Positions 8,316 through 16,519 of a DNA stretch of 33,317 nucleotides are shown here, one piece after another. Each line of letters starts with the position of its first letter. The stretch's first letter is position 1. The position numbers and the translations under genes are program-made. A model generated the notes under the pieces. The model saw nothing but the letters and a program-made list of their open reading frames with translations, did no database searches and was not told the DNA's origin. Origin of the DNA: Candidatus Micrarchaeota archaeon (lineage in GTDB: Archaea; Micrarchaeota; Micrarchaeia; Norongarragalinales; SBBD01); the NCBI GenBank assembly GCA_038046605.1, contig JBBSVW010000069.1:1-33317 (forward strand), read 5' to 3'.

Positions 8316-8461
8316 CCATGTGCACAAATTGCGGAAAGCCCTTTTTGGACTGCTGCGAGGATAGGGAATTATGCGCGGATTGCATAAAGAAATCCGTCCG
8401 CGCGAAGGTTGACGAATACCGCTCGAAAATAAACCCCGCATTGAAATTGAGGCGAAATTGA
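8312..8461 (+). CDS. 49-aa zinc-finger-like micro-protein (CxxC...CC...CxxC), absent from the ORF track
   Basis: Hand translation MTMCTNCGKPFLDCCEDRELCADCIKKSVRAKVDEYRSKINPALKLRRN; GAGGTG upstream; next ORF starts 4 nt after its stop. Confidence 0.7.
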   Translation: MTMCTNCGKPFLDCCEDRELCADCIKKSVRAKVDEYRSKINPALKLRRN

Positions 8462-8464
8462 AAG

Positions 8465-9142
8465 ATGGAAAAAAGGAGGAATGCAAATTTGCAAAAAATA
8501 AAGGCAAAAAAAGGAAGGGAAGCGGATGCTGTTTCAAGCAAGCATCAGCCCCTGGGCCATGTTCGATGGCATCAGCTTCCGGGCCTGGTGCGATGGCTTG
8601 AGCGCAATTCGAGCCTTGCCGGAATCCTTGCCTTCCTGTTAATTTTCGTTTTCTATTTTGGCATCATCACTCTTGCAAACTCATTTCCGCACGCACTGCA
8701 GCAATTCTCCCTCGACTGGCCGTGGATAATTTTATTGGCGTCCGGTTTTGGGCTCCAAACCAGGCTCCATCTGCACCTGAAACACCAGCTCTACAAGAAG
8801 ATGCTTTCCTCATCGGGAATGGCCGCGTCTGGAGGGGTTTCCGGAACCGCGATGCTTGCATGCTGCGCCCACCATATTTCGGATGCGCTTCCGTTTCTGG
8901 GGCTTGCGGGCGCCGCCGGCTTCCTTTTTGATTACCGGGAAATTTTCCTGCTCTTCGGGGTGCTCTCGAATTTCGTCGGGATTATTTACCTCCTCACAAA
9001 ATACAATGAATACGGCCTGGAATCGGAGATACCCTTTGGAATCCAGCGCTTTTTCCGGAGTTCGGAATCCCTTAATTTTTCCCTTGTCGGCTCTGCAGCA
9101 ATTTTTCTATCATATGTGGCAAAATTATTCATTATGAGGTGA
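8465..9142 (+). CDS. Multi-pass membrane protein with ACCAHH metal-ligand motif
   Basis: About five TM segments; MLACCAHH; position inside the metal operon. Confidence 0.8.
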   Translation: MEKRRNANLQKIKAKKGREADAVSSKHQPLGHVRWHQLPGLVRWLERNSSLAGILAFLLIFVFYFGIITLANSFPHALQQFSLDWPWIILLASGFGLQTRLHLHLKHQLYKKMLSSSGMAASGGVSGTAMLACCAHHISDALPFLGLAGAAGFLFDYREIFLLFGVLSNFVGIIYLLTKYNEYGLESEIPFGIQRFFRSSESLNFSLVGSAAIFLSYVAKLFIMR

Positions 9143-9146
9143 GTTT

Positions 9147-9518
9147 ATGGGCAAAATGGCGGAATACGGGATAATTTTCATTGCGATTGCGGTTGTGGCG
9201 TTCAGCGTCTTTTCAGTGTTCTCCCCGTCCAAACCTGCATTGGACTCACAGGGAAGGGTGCTGCAAACGGCAAGCAATCAACAATATTACCAGCAGCAAG
9301 CTGTATCCTCGGGTAGCGAATGCGGCAACCTCAAGGATGCGGCAAATGTGCAGCACCTAAGCCATCATCCATCGCAATATGCGGAGTGCCTTGGGAAGGT
9401 GGATCCCGCATTCCTTAAGCAGGCGACGGGGAAAACATTGCAGGAAATTGCCGGCAGCGGAAGCCCAGGCGGCGAGACGGCCGAACAGATGAATGCAAGG
9501 ATGCACCCATCAGGCTGA
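9147..9518 (+). CDS. Membrane-anchored small His/Cys/Met protein
   Basis: GAGGTGA RBS; N-terminal TM segment; ECG...QHLSHHP...EC; C-terminal MNARMHPSG. Confidence 0.8.
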   Translation: MGKMAEYGIIFIAIAVVAFSVFSVFSPSKPALDSQGRVLQTASNQQYYQQQAVSSGSECGNLKDAANVQHLSHHPSQYAECLGKVDPAFLKQATGKTLQEIAGSGSPGGETAEQMNARMHPSG

Positions 9519-9556
9519 AACCAAAAAGTGTTTGAAATAAAGAAGGATGATAAAAT

Positions 9557-9769
9557 ATGCTTGAAAACCAGTTGGAATACTTGCGCAACAACCATTTGGC
9601 AATGATGGCCGTATGCTGCCTGCTTCCTGTAATCCCGATTTTGGGGTTGCAGCTTGCAGGCATCACGGGCTGGTGGGTTTTCCCGCTAGCAATTGCAATT
9701 TGCATCGGCGGCCACGTGTTGATGATGGCACTGCCAAGCAAGAACGGTGAGAGAAAATTATGCCACTGA
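9557..9769 (+). CDS. DUF2933-like small membrane protein
   Basis: NHLAMMAVCCLLP, CIGGHVLMM, terminal CH; paralogous to 10092-10475. Confidence 0.75.
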   Translation: MLENQLEYLRNNHLAMMAVCCLLPVIPILGLQLAGITGWWVFPLAIAICIGGHVLMMALPSKNGERKLCH

Positions 9770-9900
9770 ATAAGATGCCTAAATTCCTGGCCGGCCATCG
9801 CAAGGCATTTGAAACCATATTTTGGATCGCGGTGCTCGGGCTCGCCTACGTGGTGATGCTCAAGGCCATGCATCCTGGAGGGAAGATATTCGGGTTCTGA
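9760..9900 (+). CDS. 46-aa single-TM micro-protein with MLKAMHPG motif, absent from the ORF track
   Basis: GGTGA RBS at 9746; hand translation MPLNKMPKFLAGHRKAFETIFWIAVLGLAYVVMLKAMHPGGKIFGF. Confidence 0.65.
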   Translation: MPLNKMPKFLAGHRKAFETIFWIAVLGLAYVVMLKAMHPGGKIFGF

Positions 9901-10091
9901 GGTTTAGGGGAGGGAAAAAATACGGCACTAGGAAAGAAAAGTAAGGGTTTTGAGAGGAAATTGCATATCATTTGGATGGAAAATCGCTTATGATGGGAAA
10001 ACGGACAAATGCCGCCAGGATGGGAAAAAAGGAAATAGGGCGGGAAATTGCATGACCAACCAAATACAATAAACATTATAGGTGAGAAAAC

Positions 10092-10475
10092 ATGGATCTG
10101 AGCTGGAATTCATTGAAAAATAACCATATGCTGCTGATGGTGCTCTGCTGTCTTATACCACTCGTGCTGATATTCGGGGCCTCTTACTTCGGGCTGAACC
10201 TGCGCAATTATTCCTGGCTAATATTGCTGCTCTGCCCTCTTTTCATGATGTGGATGATGAAGGACATGCACGGCGGGCATGCGGGGCATGGTGGCAATGC
10301 TGCGAATGGGATTGATGCGGGGCACGAAAGCCAAACTGGAAATGAAGCGGATGCCGGGCAGAAAAGCCATGCCGGAAATTTGGCCGATGGGGAAGGCTCC
10401 CAAGCATATGCCAAAAATGGCGCGAGGGCCGGTATGAAAAACGAACTGCCTGCTAAAAAGGCGGCTTGCCATTAA
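10092..10475 (+). CDS. DUF2933-like membrane protein with a His/Gly repeat tail
   Basis: AGGTGA RBS; NHMLLMVLCCLIP; LLLCPLFMMWMMKDMHGGHAGH; terminal ACH. Confidence 0.8.
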   Translation: MDLSWNSLKNNHMLLMVLCCLIPLVLIFGASYFGLNLRNYSWLILLLCPLFMMWMMKDMHGGHAGHGGNAANGIDAGHESQTGNEADAGQKSHAGNLADGEGSQAYAKNGARAGMKNELPAKKAACH

Positions 10476-10620
10476 TGGATGATTGGGTTTTTTTAGAAAA
10501 ATTGGGATAAGGCGGAAAGGAGATGAAATGGCGAGGGAAAAGCAGGGCCGTTGATGGATAAGATGTTTTTTTAGAATAGGGCAAAAAAGTAAATAGGTGA
10601 TGAAATGGCAAGGGAAAAAG
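10475..10620 (+). repeat. Imperfect ~78-bp tandem duplication that includes the RBS/start of the next gene
   Basis: ATGGAT...GTTTTTTTAGAA...GATGAAATGGC(G/A)AGGGAAAA occurs starting at 10475 and at 10554. Confidence 0.7.
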
Positions 10621-10898
10621 GAATGCATAGGCTTGATTGGTGGCCGGTATCGCTCTCCTTGGGGGGCACTTTTGGGGCGCTCTCACTTCTCTGCGGCCTT
10701 CTGCTACTGGCCGCTCCGGGGGTGGTGCTTGGGTTCTTTGACTATCTTACGCATTACGGCTTTGCGGTTGCTCCAAGGGCAATAAGCCCCCTTAGCCTGG
10801 TTTCAGCAGTCGTGGTATCGTTTATCGGCGGCTTTTTGATCGGCGCCATATTTGTTCCGCTTTACAATGCGTGCCTCAAGCACTGCGGGTACGACTAG
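10605..10898 (+). CDS. DUF5676-like small membrane protein
   Basis: AGGTGA RBS; LLCGLLLLAAP...LTH...IGAIFVPLYN pattern. Confidence 0.7.
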   Translation: MAREKGMHRLDWWPVSLSLGGTFGALSLLCGLLLLAAPGVVLGFFDYLTHYGFAVAPRAISPLSLVSAVVVSFIGGFLIGAIFVPLYNACLKHCGYD

Positions 10899-10992
10899 GG
10901 CTCTTTTGTAAAATGGCCATTTGTTTTTTTGTATTTTTTCCAGGATGGCAAATTTCAAGCATGGGAATATAATTGGTAAACGGGTGATAAAC

Positions 10993-11028
10993 ATGGGCGG
11001 AAAGAAGGGCGGCGGAAAATGCTGCTAA
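10993..11028 (+). CDS. Putative 11-aa micropeptide MGGKKGGGKCC
   Basis: GGGTGATAAACATG start context nearly identical to that of the genes at 12854 and 13156; ends CC-TAA. Confidence 0.5.
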   Translation: MGGKKGGGKCC

Positions 11029-11152
11029 TTGGCAGGTGCCGGCTAAGGAGTGCATGCATGGCTTGCAATGAAAATATAAAGTGCCAAGCCAGCGTGCCAA
11101 AATTCGGGGTTGATCTACTTCGAAATGGCTTATGGGGATCCATCAGGGAAAA

Positions 11153-11641
11153 TCATTTCTCCAATAATGCCTTTTTGAGCTCCTCCTTTAGGTGTATGAT
11201 TTTGAGCTTGCCGGACTTTTGCACATCGATGACGCCCATGGATTCAAGCTTGGCAACAATCCGGTGCGCCTTGAGCCGCGTCATCCCTTCAAGCCTTGAG
11301 ATCTCGGCCTGCATGATCCTTCCATTCCCCCGAAGAAGCTCGCTTATCACGAGTTTTTCATCCCTATCCATGAATTTAAGCACCAATTCGGCAACCGCCC
11401 TAGCTTCCAAGCCCTTCTTGTCGACCTTGTCGCTAAGCAGGTAAAATACAACTGCGCCAACCACCACCCCGACCATGGAAAGCAGCACCATCAGCTCCAC
11501 ATGAAAGCCAAAGAGCAGGTGGTAAAGGACGGAAAGCGCGGAATTTTCGGGAGTTTGGAATGAAAAGACAGTCAGGAATATCAATAGGGCGAATACCGCA
11601 ATCAATAATATTGCAAATGCCGTCCTCTTGTTTGAAACCAT
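11153..11641 (-). CDS. Membrane-anchored winged-helix transcriptional regulator (COG2512-like; probable start 11641)
   Basis: Two TM segments, with His residues near the second, followed by DEKLVI...GRIMQAEI...MTRLKAHRIVAKLESMGVI. Confidence 0.8.
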   Translation of the reverse strand: MVSNKRTAFAILLIAVFALLIFLTVFSFQTPENSALSVLYHLLFGFHVELMVLLSMVGVVVGAVVFYLLSDKVDKKGLEARAVAELVLKFMDRDEKLVISELLRGNGRIMQAEISRLEGMTRLKAHRIVAKLESMGVIDVQKSGKLKIIHLKEELKKALLEK

Positions 11642-11725
11642 GGATTGTCGCACCTGTTATTCTAGGTATTTTAGCCGTTCCGTCGTTTTGAATTTTTTGG
11701 CGCCATATTCTGCATGTTTTTGGGC

Positions 11726-11816
11726 TGTTTCATCAATTTGAAACAAACCCGCATTAAGTTTCAGTTTTTTGAAACAATAAAAATGGTTGTTTCAGGAATT
11801 AATATATATTGTTTCA
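11726..11816. promoter_or_regulatory. Phased operator array GTTTCA-N6-TGAAAC in the divergent promoter
   Basis: Full palindromes at 11726-11745 and 11758-11775; half-sites at 11789 and 11811 flank a TATA-like TTAATATATA. Confidence 0.7.
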
Positions 11817-11905
11817 ACCATATGGGTAACATAAGTAATTGAATAGCAATTTATAATATGCCCTTTATGGTGTATTATGGCTGATTATAATTCAAAGGTG
11901 AGTAT

Positions 11906-12334
11906 ATGGAACGTAATATGCTCCTGCTCTTCGCGGTTGCGATTGCAGGAATATTGGGGCTTGTGATATTTGCGCAGATGACCGCGCCAAGGGTGCCGGT
12001 GCCTATTCAGGCAACGGTTCAGCCGCCCATCATATTGGGGGGCGGAGAGCCTGCGGGAACTTCGGGAGAAACCCAGGTGATTGACATAAGGGCCCTTGGA
12101 TCTGGAGTTTACGACAAGCCTAAGGTAACGGTCAAGGCGGGCGTACCGGTCAAGCTAAGGTTTTCCGCAGATCAGAATTCAGGGTGCGGAAGGCAGCTTA
12201 TGATGCCGGATTATGGTGTAAGCCTTGTTTCCCGGAACGGAGAAACGGTTGAGGCAACATTTACGCCCCAAAAGGGTTCACACGCCTACAGGTGCGGAAT
12301 GAACATGTTCCGGGGAGTGCTTACTGCGGAATAA
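11906..12334 (+). CDS. Membrane-anchored cupredoxin-domain protein (CupA-like copper chaperone)
   Basis: N-terminal TM segment; VKAGVPVKLRF, SGCG, FTP, YRCGMNMFRG. Confidence 0.9.
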   Translation: MERNMLLLFAVAIAGILGLVIFAQMTAPRVPVPIQATVQPPIILGGGEPAGTSGETQVIDIRALGSGVYDKPKVTVKAGVPVKLRFSADQNSGCGRQLMMPDYGVSLVSRNGETVEATFTPQKGSHAYRCGMNMFRGVLTAE

Positions 12335-12350
12335 ATAAGGCAAGCAACGA

Positions 12351-12398
12351 TCAGGCAAATTGGGCATTAGGTAAACTGGGAATTGGGCAAACTAGGTT
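12351..12398. repeat. Three imperfect 16-bp tandem repeats
   Basis: TCAGGCAAATTGGGCA / TTAGGTAAACTGGGAA / TTGGGCAAACTAGGTT. Confidence 0.55.
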
Positions 12399-12405
12399 TT
12401 TCCAT

Positions 12406-12876
12406 ATGAAAATAGATTTCAAGGGCAGGTTTTTGATGCTGGCAGGGATGTTCGAAAATAGGCGGTATGCCATGAGTTTTGGGATGCTTTTTACCATCCT
12501 CCTTGGCGCCTATTTCTTGATGTCTGGGACATTCCTTCTCTCGCTCATGCAATTCAATGAGTCCGCAGAAATGCCATTTGTGGCACTTCAGGTTTTGATT
12601 GCGCTCCTTGCCGCCATCCAGCTTTCAATCATGCTCAATTTCGGCGGAAAGAAGGGGGATTTGGCCGGCGGGTTTGTGGCATTGTTTGCCTCCGCGTGCC
12701 CGGTATGCGTCCCCCTTTGGATTTATGCGCTGGGCCTTGGTGGGTCCCTTGCGTTTCTTTCCGATTTTTCATTGGCGATGGGTTTATTTGCAGTTGCGCT
12801 CTTGGCATATTCATTATGGAGATGCCTTGATCCGCAGTGCAAGGTGATAAAATATGAAAAAAGTGTTCTTCGTTAA
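12406..12876 (+). CDS. Four-TM membrane protein with CPVC motif (probable start 12406)
   Basis: Hydrophobic; ASACPVC; additional C-terminal Cys residues; overlaps the start of the HMA gene. Confidence 0.75.
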   Translation: MKIDFKGRFLMLAGMFENRRYAMSFGMLFTILLGAYFLMSGTFLLSLMQFNESAEMPFVALQVLIALLAAIQLSIMLNFGGKKGDLAGGFVALFASACPVCVPLWIYALGLGGSLAFLSDFSLAMGLFAVALLAYSLWRCLDPQCKVIKYEKSVLR

Positions 12877-13066
12877 AGGGATGCATTGCAACAGCTGCAA
12901 TTGGCTGATTTCCGAGAATGTGAAGGAAATCAAGGGCGTGATCGCGGTAAGCGCGGATTTCAATAAGCGCGAGGCTGTGGTGGAATTCGATAGCCCGGCT
13001 ACGGAGGCGCAGATCACCAAGGCGATCGAAAAGGAGGGCGGGTACAAGGTGCAAAAAATAAGCTGA
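12854..13066 (+). CDS. copZ: Heavy-metal-associated (HMA) copper chaperone
   Basis: VKGMHCNSC; 70 aa; GGTGAT RBS. Confidence 0.9.
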   Translation: MKKVFFVKGMHCNSCNWLISENVKEIKGVIAVSADFNKREAVVEFDSPATEAQITKAIEKEGGYKVQKIS

Positions 13067-13155
13067 AAAAAATATCCGGGTATTTGGAAATAATCCTGGG
13101 AATTGCCATTCTTGGGAATTCTCCTTCAGGCAAATAAATTCAAAATGGTGATAAA

Positions 13156-14070
13156 ATGGTCGAAAAGGATGTTTACATTAGGGAGCTTAACTGCGAAGCA
13201 TGCGAAAGGCTGGTGGAGCGGATCGCCATTAGGCATTCCGTCAAGCTCGAGGATGTTGATTTCTCGCAAAAGCGCGCAAGGCTTAGCGGCGAAACCTCGC
13301 AAATGGAAGCAATGGCGCAGGAACTTGAGAACATGGGCTATTCCACATCATTCGAAAGGGTCCCAAGGAGCGGCAAGGGCAAAATGCGCCTTTTCAATTT
13401 CATCAAGGGTTCCATTTTCGGCGAGGAGAATTACCAGGCTGAATCAAAGGGTGTCGAGCTTTTGGTTTACACCTTTGTCCTTCTAGCGCTTGCAACCATC
13501 GCGCTGGGCTTCCTTGGGATTTTATCACCCCAATACATGGGCTATTCGTTCCTTTCACTGATTTCAATTGTCATGATCATGCCCGTAGCCTACCAGGTTG
13601 AGGCATTCCGCGACTCATTTACCCACATGAATGGCATGATGATTGGTATGACCATAGGAATGTCGGCAGGTTTTCTTGCAGGCGCAGTAATTGGAGCAAC
13701 AAATGGCATGTTCATGGGCAGTGTCTATGGCATGCTTATTGGAATGGCAGCCGGCGCCTATCTGGGTTACTGCTGCGGCATCATGGGAGTGCTCGAAGGC
13801 ATGATGGGGGGGCTAATGGCTGGCACCATGGGCGCGATGCTTTCGGTCATGATGGTATTTGACAACCTCAATTTCTTCCTTCCAATCCTTCTTGCCAGCC
13901 TTGCCTTCATCATGTTCGGCCTAAGTTACATGATACATAAGGAAAATTTGGGCTTTAAACCCGAGAAGGTGCCAATTTGGAATTTCCTGGCGCTTTCAAT
14001 TCTCGTCCACATCGCGACAATAATTGTGATGGTTTACGGGCCCAAGTCGGCGGCGGTTTTAGTTGGGTAA
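13156..14070 (+). CDS. HMA domain fused to a Met/Gly-rich multi-pass membrane domain
   Basis: LNCEAC; HMNGMMIGMTIGMSAG, GMFMG, YCCGIMGVLEGMMGGLMAGTMGAM. Confidence 0.85.
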   Translation: MVEKDVYIRELNCEACERLVERIAIRHSVKLEDVDFSQKRARLSGETSQMEAMAQELENMGYSTSFERVPRSGKGKMRLFNFIKGSIFGEENYQAESKGVELLVYTFVLLALATIALGFLGILSPQYMGYSFLSLISIVMIMPVAYQVEAFRDSFTHMNGMMIGMTIGMSAGFLAGAVIGATNGMFMGSVYGMLIGMAAGAYLGYCCGIMGVLEGMMGGLMAGTMGAMLSVMMVFDNLNFFLPILLASLAFIMFGLSYMIHKENLGFKPEKVPIWNFLALSILVHIATIIVMVYGPKSAAVLVG

Positions 14071-14089
14071 AAAATTATTAATAAATAGG

Positions 14090-14162
14090 ATGTGAAAAGA
14101 AGAGGAGAATGGGGTGTTTGAGTAATAGCACTCCCCCCATCCGCATTTTCACATATTTTTTT
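14090..14162 (+). terminator. Hairpin followed by a T tract just upstream of the copA RBS
   Basis: ATGTGAAAA/TTTTCACAT, ATGGGG/CCCCAT and GAGT/ACTC pairings, then T7. Confidence 0.4.
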
Positions 14163-14174
14163 AGGTGAAAAAAC

Positions 14175-16415
14175 ATGAAAGCGAAATTTGACATCATTGG
14201 AATGCACTGCGCAACCTGCAGCCTTAGGATCACAAAAGCCCTCACAAAAACGCCTGGGGTCCTTAAAGCTAATGTGAATTATGGCTCGGAAAAAGCAGAT
14301 GTGGAATTCGACGAATCAAAATGCACAATTCCCGATATGGTCCGCGCTGTTGAGGCGCAGGGCTACAAGGCAATCCCCTCGGATGGGATGGGCATGGAAG
14401 AAGGCAATATGGGAATGGGAGGCATGCATTCTGGAAAGGCCAATATGCAAGGCTCAGGCCACAATCATGCCGAAATGCTCCGAAAGGAGGAGTTCGAGCT
14501 GCTGAAAAAAAAGGTGCTAGTCGCATTCGCCCTATCAATCCCCGCCTTTCTTGTTGGCATGTTTGGCATGGAATGGGCAAATCAAAAACTCATATTGTTC
14601 ATCCTAGCCACACCGGTGCAGTTCTGGGCTGGCAAGCAGTTTTACGATGGCGCAATTTCCGGGCTTAAGTTCTGGCAGGCAAATATGGATACCCTAATTG
14701 CAATGGGCACTTCCGTTGCCTATCTCTATTCCGTCGCATCCCTATTTGGCTTTGTTGCGGAGCAATACTTCGAGATTGGGGCGATCCTTATTTCCTTCGT
14801 GCTCCTAGGCAAGTATCTGGAGGCATTCACCAAGGGCAAGGCAAGCGAGGCCATAAAGAAGCTCATGGGGCTTACGCCCAAAGTAGCCGTAGTCATCCGC
14901 AAGGGCAGGGAGATGAAAATCCCAATCGAGCAGGTGATCGTGGGCGATCTTATCCGCGTTAGGCCCGGTGAAAAAATACCGGTTGACGGGGTTGTTGTTG
15001 GCGGTGATTCAACAGTTGATGAATCCATGCTTACTGGAGAATCCATGCCGGTTGAGAAAACCAAGGGCGCGAAGGTTTTTTGCGCAACCATTAATCGGCA
15101 CGGGACAATCACATTCAAGGCGGAAAAGGTGGGCAAGGATACGGTCCTCTCCCAAATTGTGAAAATTGTCGAGGAGGCGCAGGGCACGCGCGCTCCCATC
15201 CAAAGGTTTGCGGATGAGATTTCGGCATCCTTTGTGCCTGCCGTCATAGTAATTGCCATCATCACATTTACTGCATGGATGTTCCTTGGGCAGCCCTTCC
15301 ATTTCGCCTTGCTTGCGGGTGTTTCAGTTCTTGTGATCGCCTGCCCATGCGCACTTGGGCTTGCAACTCCAACCGCAATTATGGTGGGAACCGGCATGGG
15401 CGCAGAAAAGGGCATCCTCATAAAGAACCCCGAAGCACTTGAGCGCACCGGAAAGATCAATGCAATTGTGTTTGACAAAACCGGAACGATCACGCAAGGC
15501 AGGCCGCAGGTAACTGAAATTATTTCCCTTGGCAGCCTTAAAGAAAAAGAAATCCTGAAAATTGCAGCCTCCATTGAAAAGCCTTCAGAACATCCGCTGG
15601 CAGAGGCGATCGTGCTAAGGGCGGAGGAGGAAAAATTGGCGCTATCAAAAGTGGCTTCCTTTAACGCAATTCCAGGAAAGGGGGTAGGGGGCAAAATTGG
15701 CGCCATCCACTATTTCATGGGCTCCCCAAAATTAATGAAGGGAAAAGGGGCAGGCATGGCAAAATTGGAAGCGCTTGAACTCCAGGGCAAAACCGCAATG
15801 ATTTTGTTTGAAGGAAAAGAGGGCGGAAAGCTTAAGCCCCTTGGGATTTTGGCGGTACGCGATGAGCTAAAGCCAAATGCCAAGCGGGCAGTTGAAAAGC
15901 TTAGGAGAATGGGGATTGAGTCTATTCTGCTAACCGGCGATAATGAACGGACCGCAAAGGCAATTGCAAAGGAGGCCGGAATCCGGACCGTAATTGCAAA
16001 CGTGCTCCCCCAGGAAAAATCCAAGAAAATTGGTGAGCTGCAAAAAACCGGAAAGGTCGTTGCCATGGTGGGTGATGGCATCAATGACGCCCCAGCGCTT
16101 GCAAAATCCGATGTCGGGATTGCCATGGCCAGCGGCACTGACATAGCAATGGAAAGCGGCAGCATCGTCCTCATGAAAAATGATGTCGAGGATGTGCCGC
16201 GCTCACTCAATTTGGGAAGGAAGACACTCTCGAAAATAAAGCAGGGGCTTTTCTGGGCGCTCATTTACAATGTGGTTGGCATTCCGGTTGCAGCCGGAGT
16301 TTTCTACTCCTCAACCGGATGGCTGCTTTCCCCGGCAATTGCGGGCGCCGCCATGGCAATGAGCTCGGTTTCGGTTGTGCTCAACGCGCTAACCCTGAAA
16401 TTAGAACGGCTCTGA
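14175..16415 (+). CDS. copA: Cu(I)-translocating P1B-type ATPase
   Basis: GMHCATC HMA domain, Met/His-rich linker, [31 protein letters not shown]. Confidence 0.97.
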   Translation: MKAKFDIIGMHCATCSLRITKALTKTPGVLKANVNYGSEKADVEFDESKCTIPDMVRAVEAQGYKAIPSDGMGMEEGNMGMGGMHSGKANMQGSGHNHAEMLRKEEFELLKKKVLVAFALSIPAFLVGMFGMEWANQKLILFILATPVQFWAGKQFYDGAISGLKFWQANMDTLIAMGTSVAYLYSVASLFGFVAEQYFEIGAILISFVLLGKYLEAFTKGKASEAIKKLMGLTPKVAVVIRKGREMKIPIEQVIVGDLIRVRPGEKIPVDGVVVGGDSTVDESMLTGESMPVEKTKGAKVFCATINRHGTITFKAEKVGKDTVLSQIVKIVEEAQGTRAPIQRFADEISASFVPAVIVIAIITFTAWMFLGQPFHFALLAGVSVLVIACPCALGLATPTAIMVGTGMGAEKGILIKNPEALERTGKINAIVFDKTGTITQGRPQVTEIISLGSLKEKEILKIAASIEKPSEHPLAEAIVLRAEEEKLALSKVASFNAIPGKGVGGKIGAIHYFMGSPKLMKGKGAGMAKLEALELQGKTAMILFEGKEGGKLKPLGILAVRDELKPNAKRAVEKLRRMGIESILLTGDNERTAKAIAKEAGIRTVIANVLPQEKSKKIGELQKTGKVVAMVGDGINDAPALAKSDVGIAMASGTDIAMESGSIVLMKNDVEDVPRSLNLGRKTLSKIKQGLFWALIYNVVGIPVAAGVFYSSTGWLLSPAIAGAAMAMSSVSVVLNALTLKLERL

Positions 16416-16519
16416 GGAAAATCCCCATTGCGGATCTTTTCGGAAATTACCCGCCCCATATCAGGTTTTAAGATTGCCTTCAGGTTTGTTTTTTTAAATA
16501 CGCCTATCATAACAGCTAT

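Noticed and set aside
12351-12398. 16-bp repeats as a mini-CRISPR or iterons
   Set aside because: Degenerate, directly abutting with no spacers, and no replication gene nearby
14726-16264. Long antisense ORFs (326 aa, 184 aa) opposite copA, and similar shadow ORFs throughout the track
   Set aside because: Fully overlap well-supported genes and have typical antisense composition with no motifs
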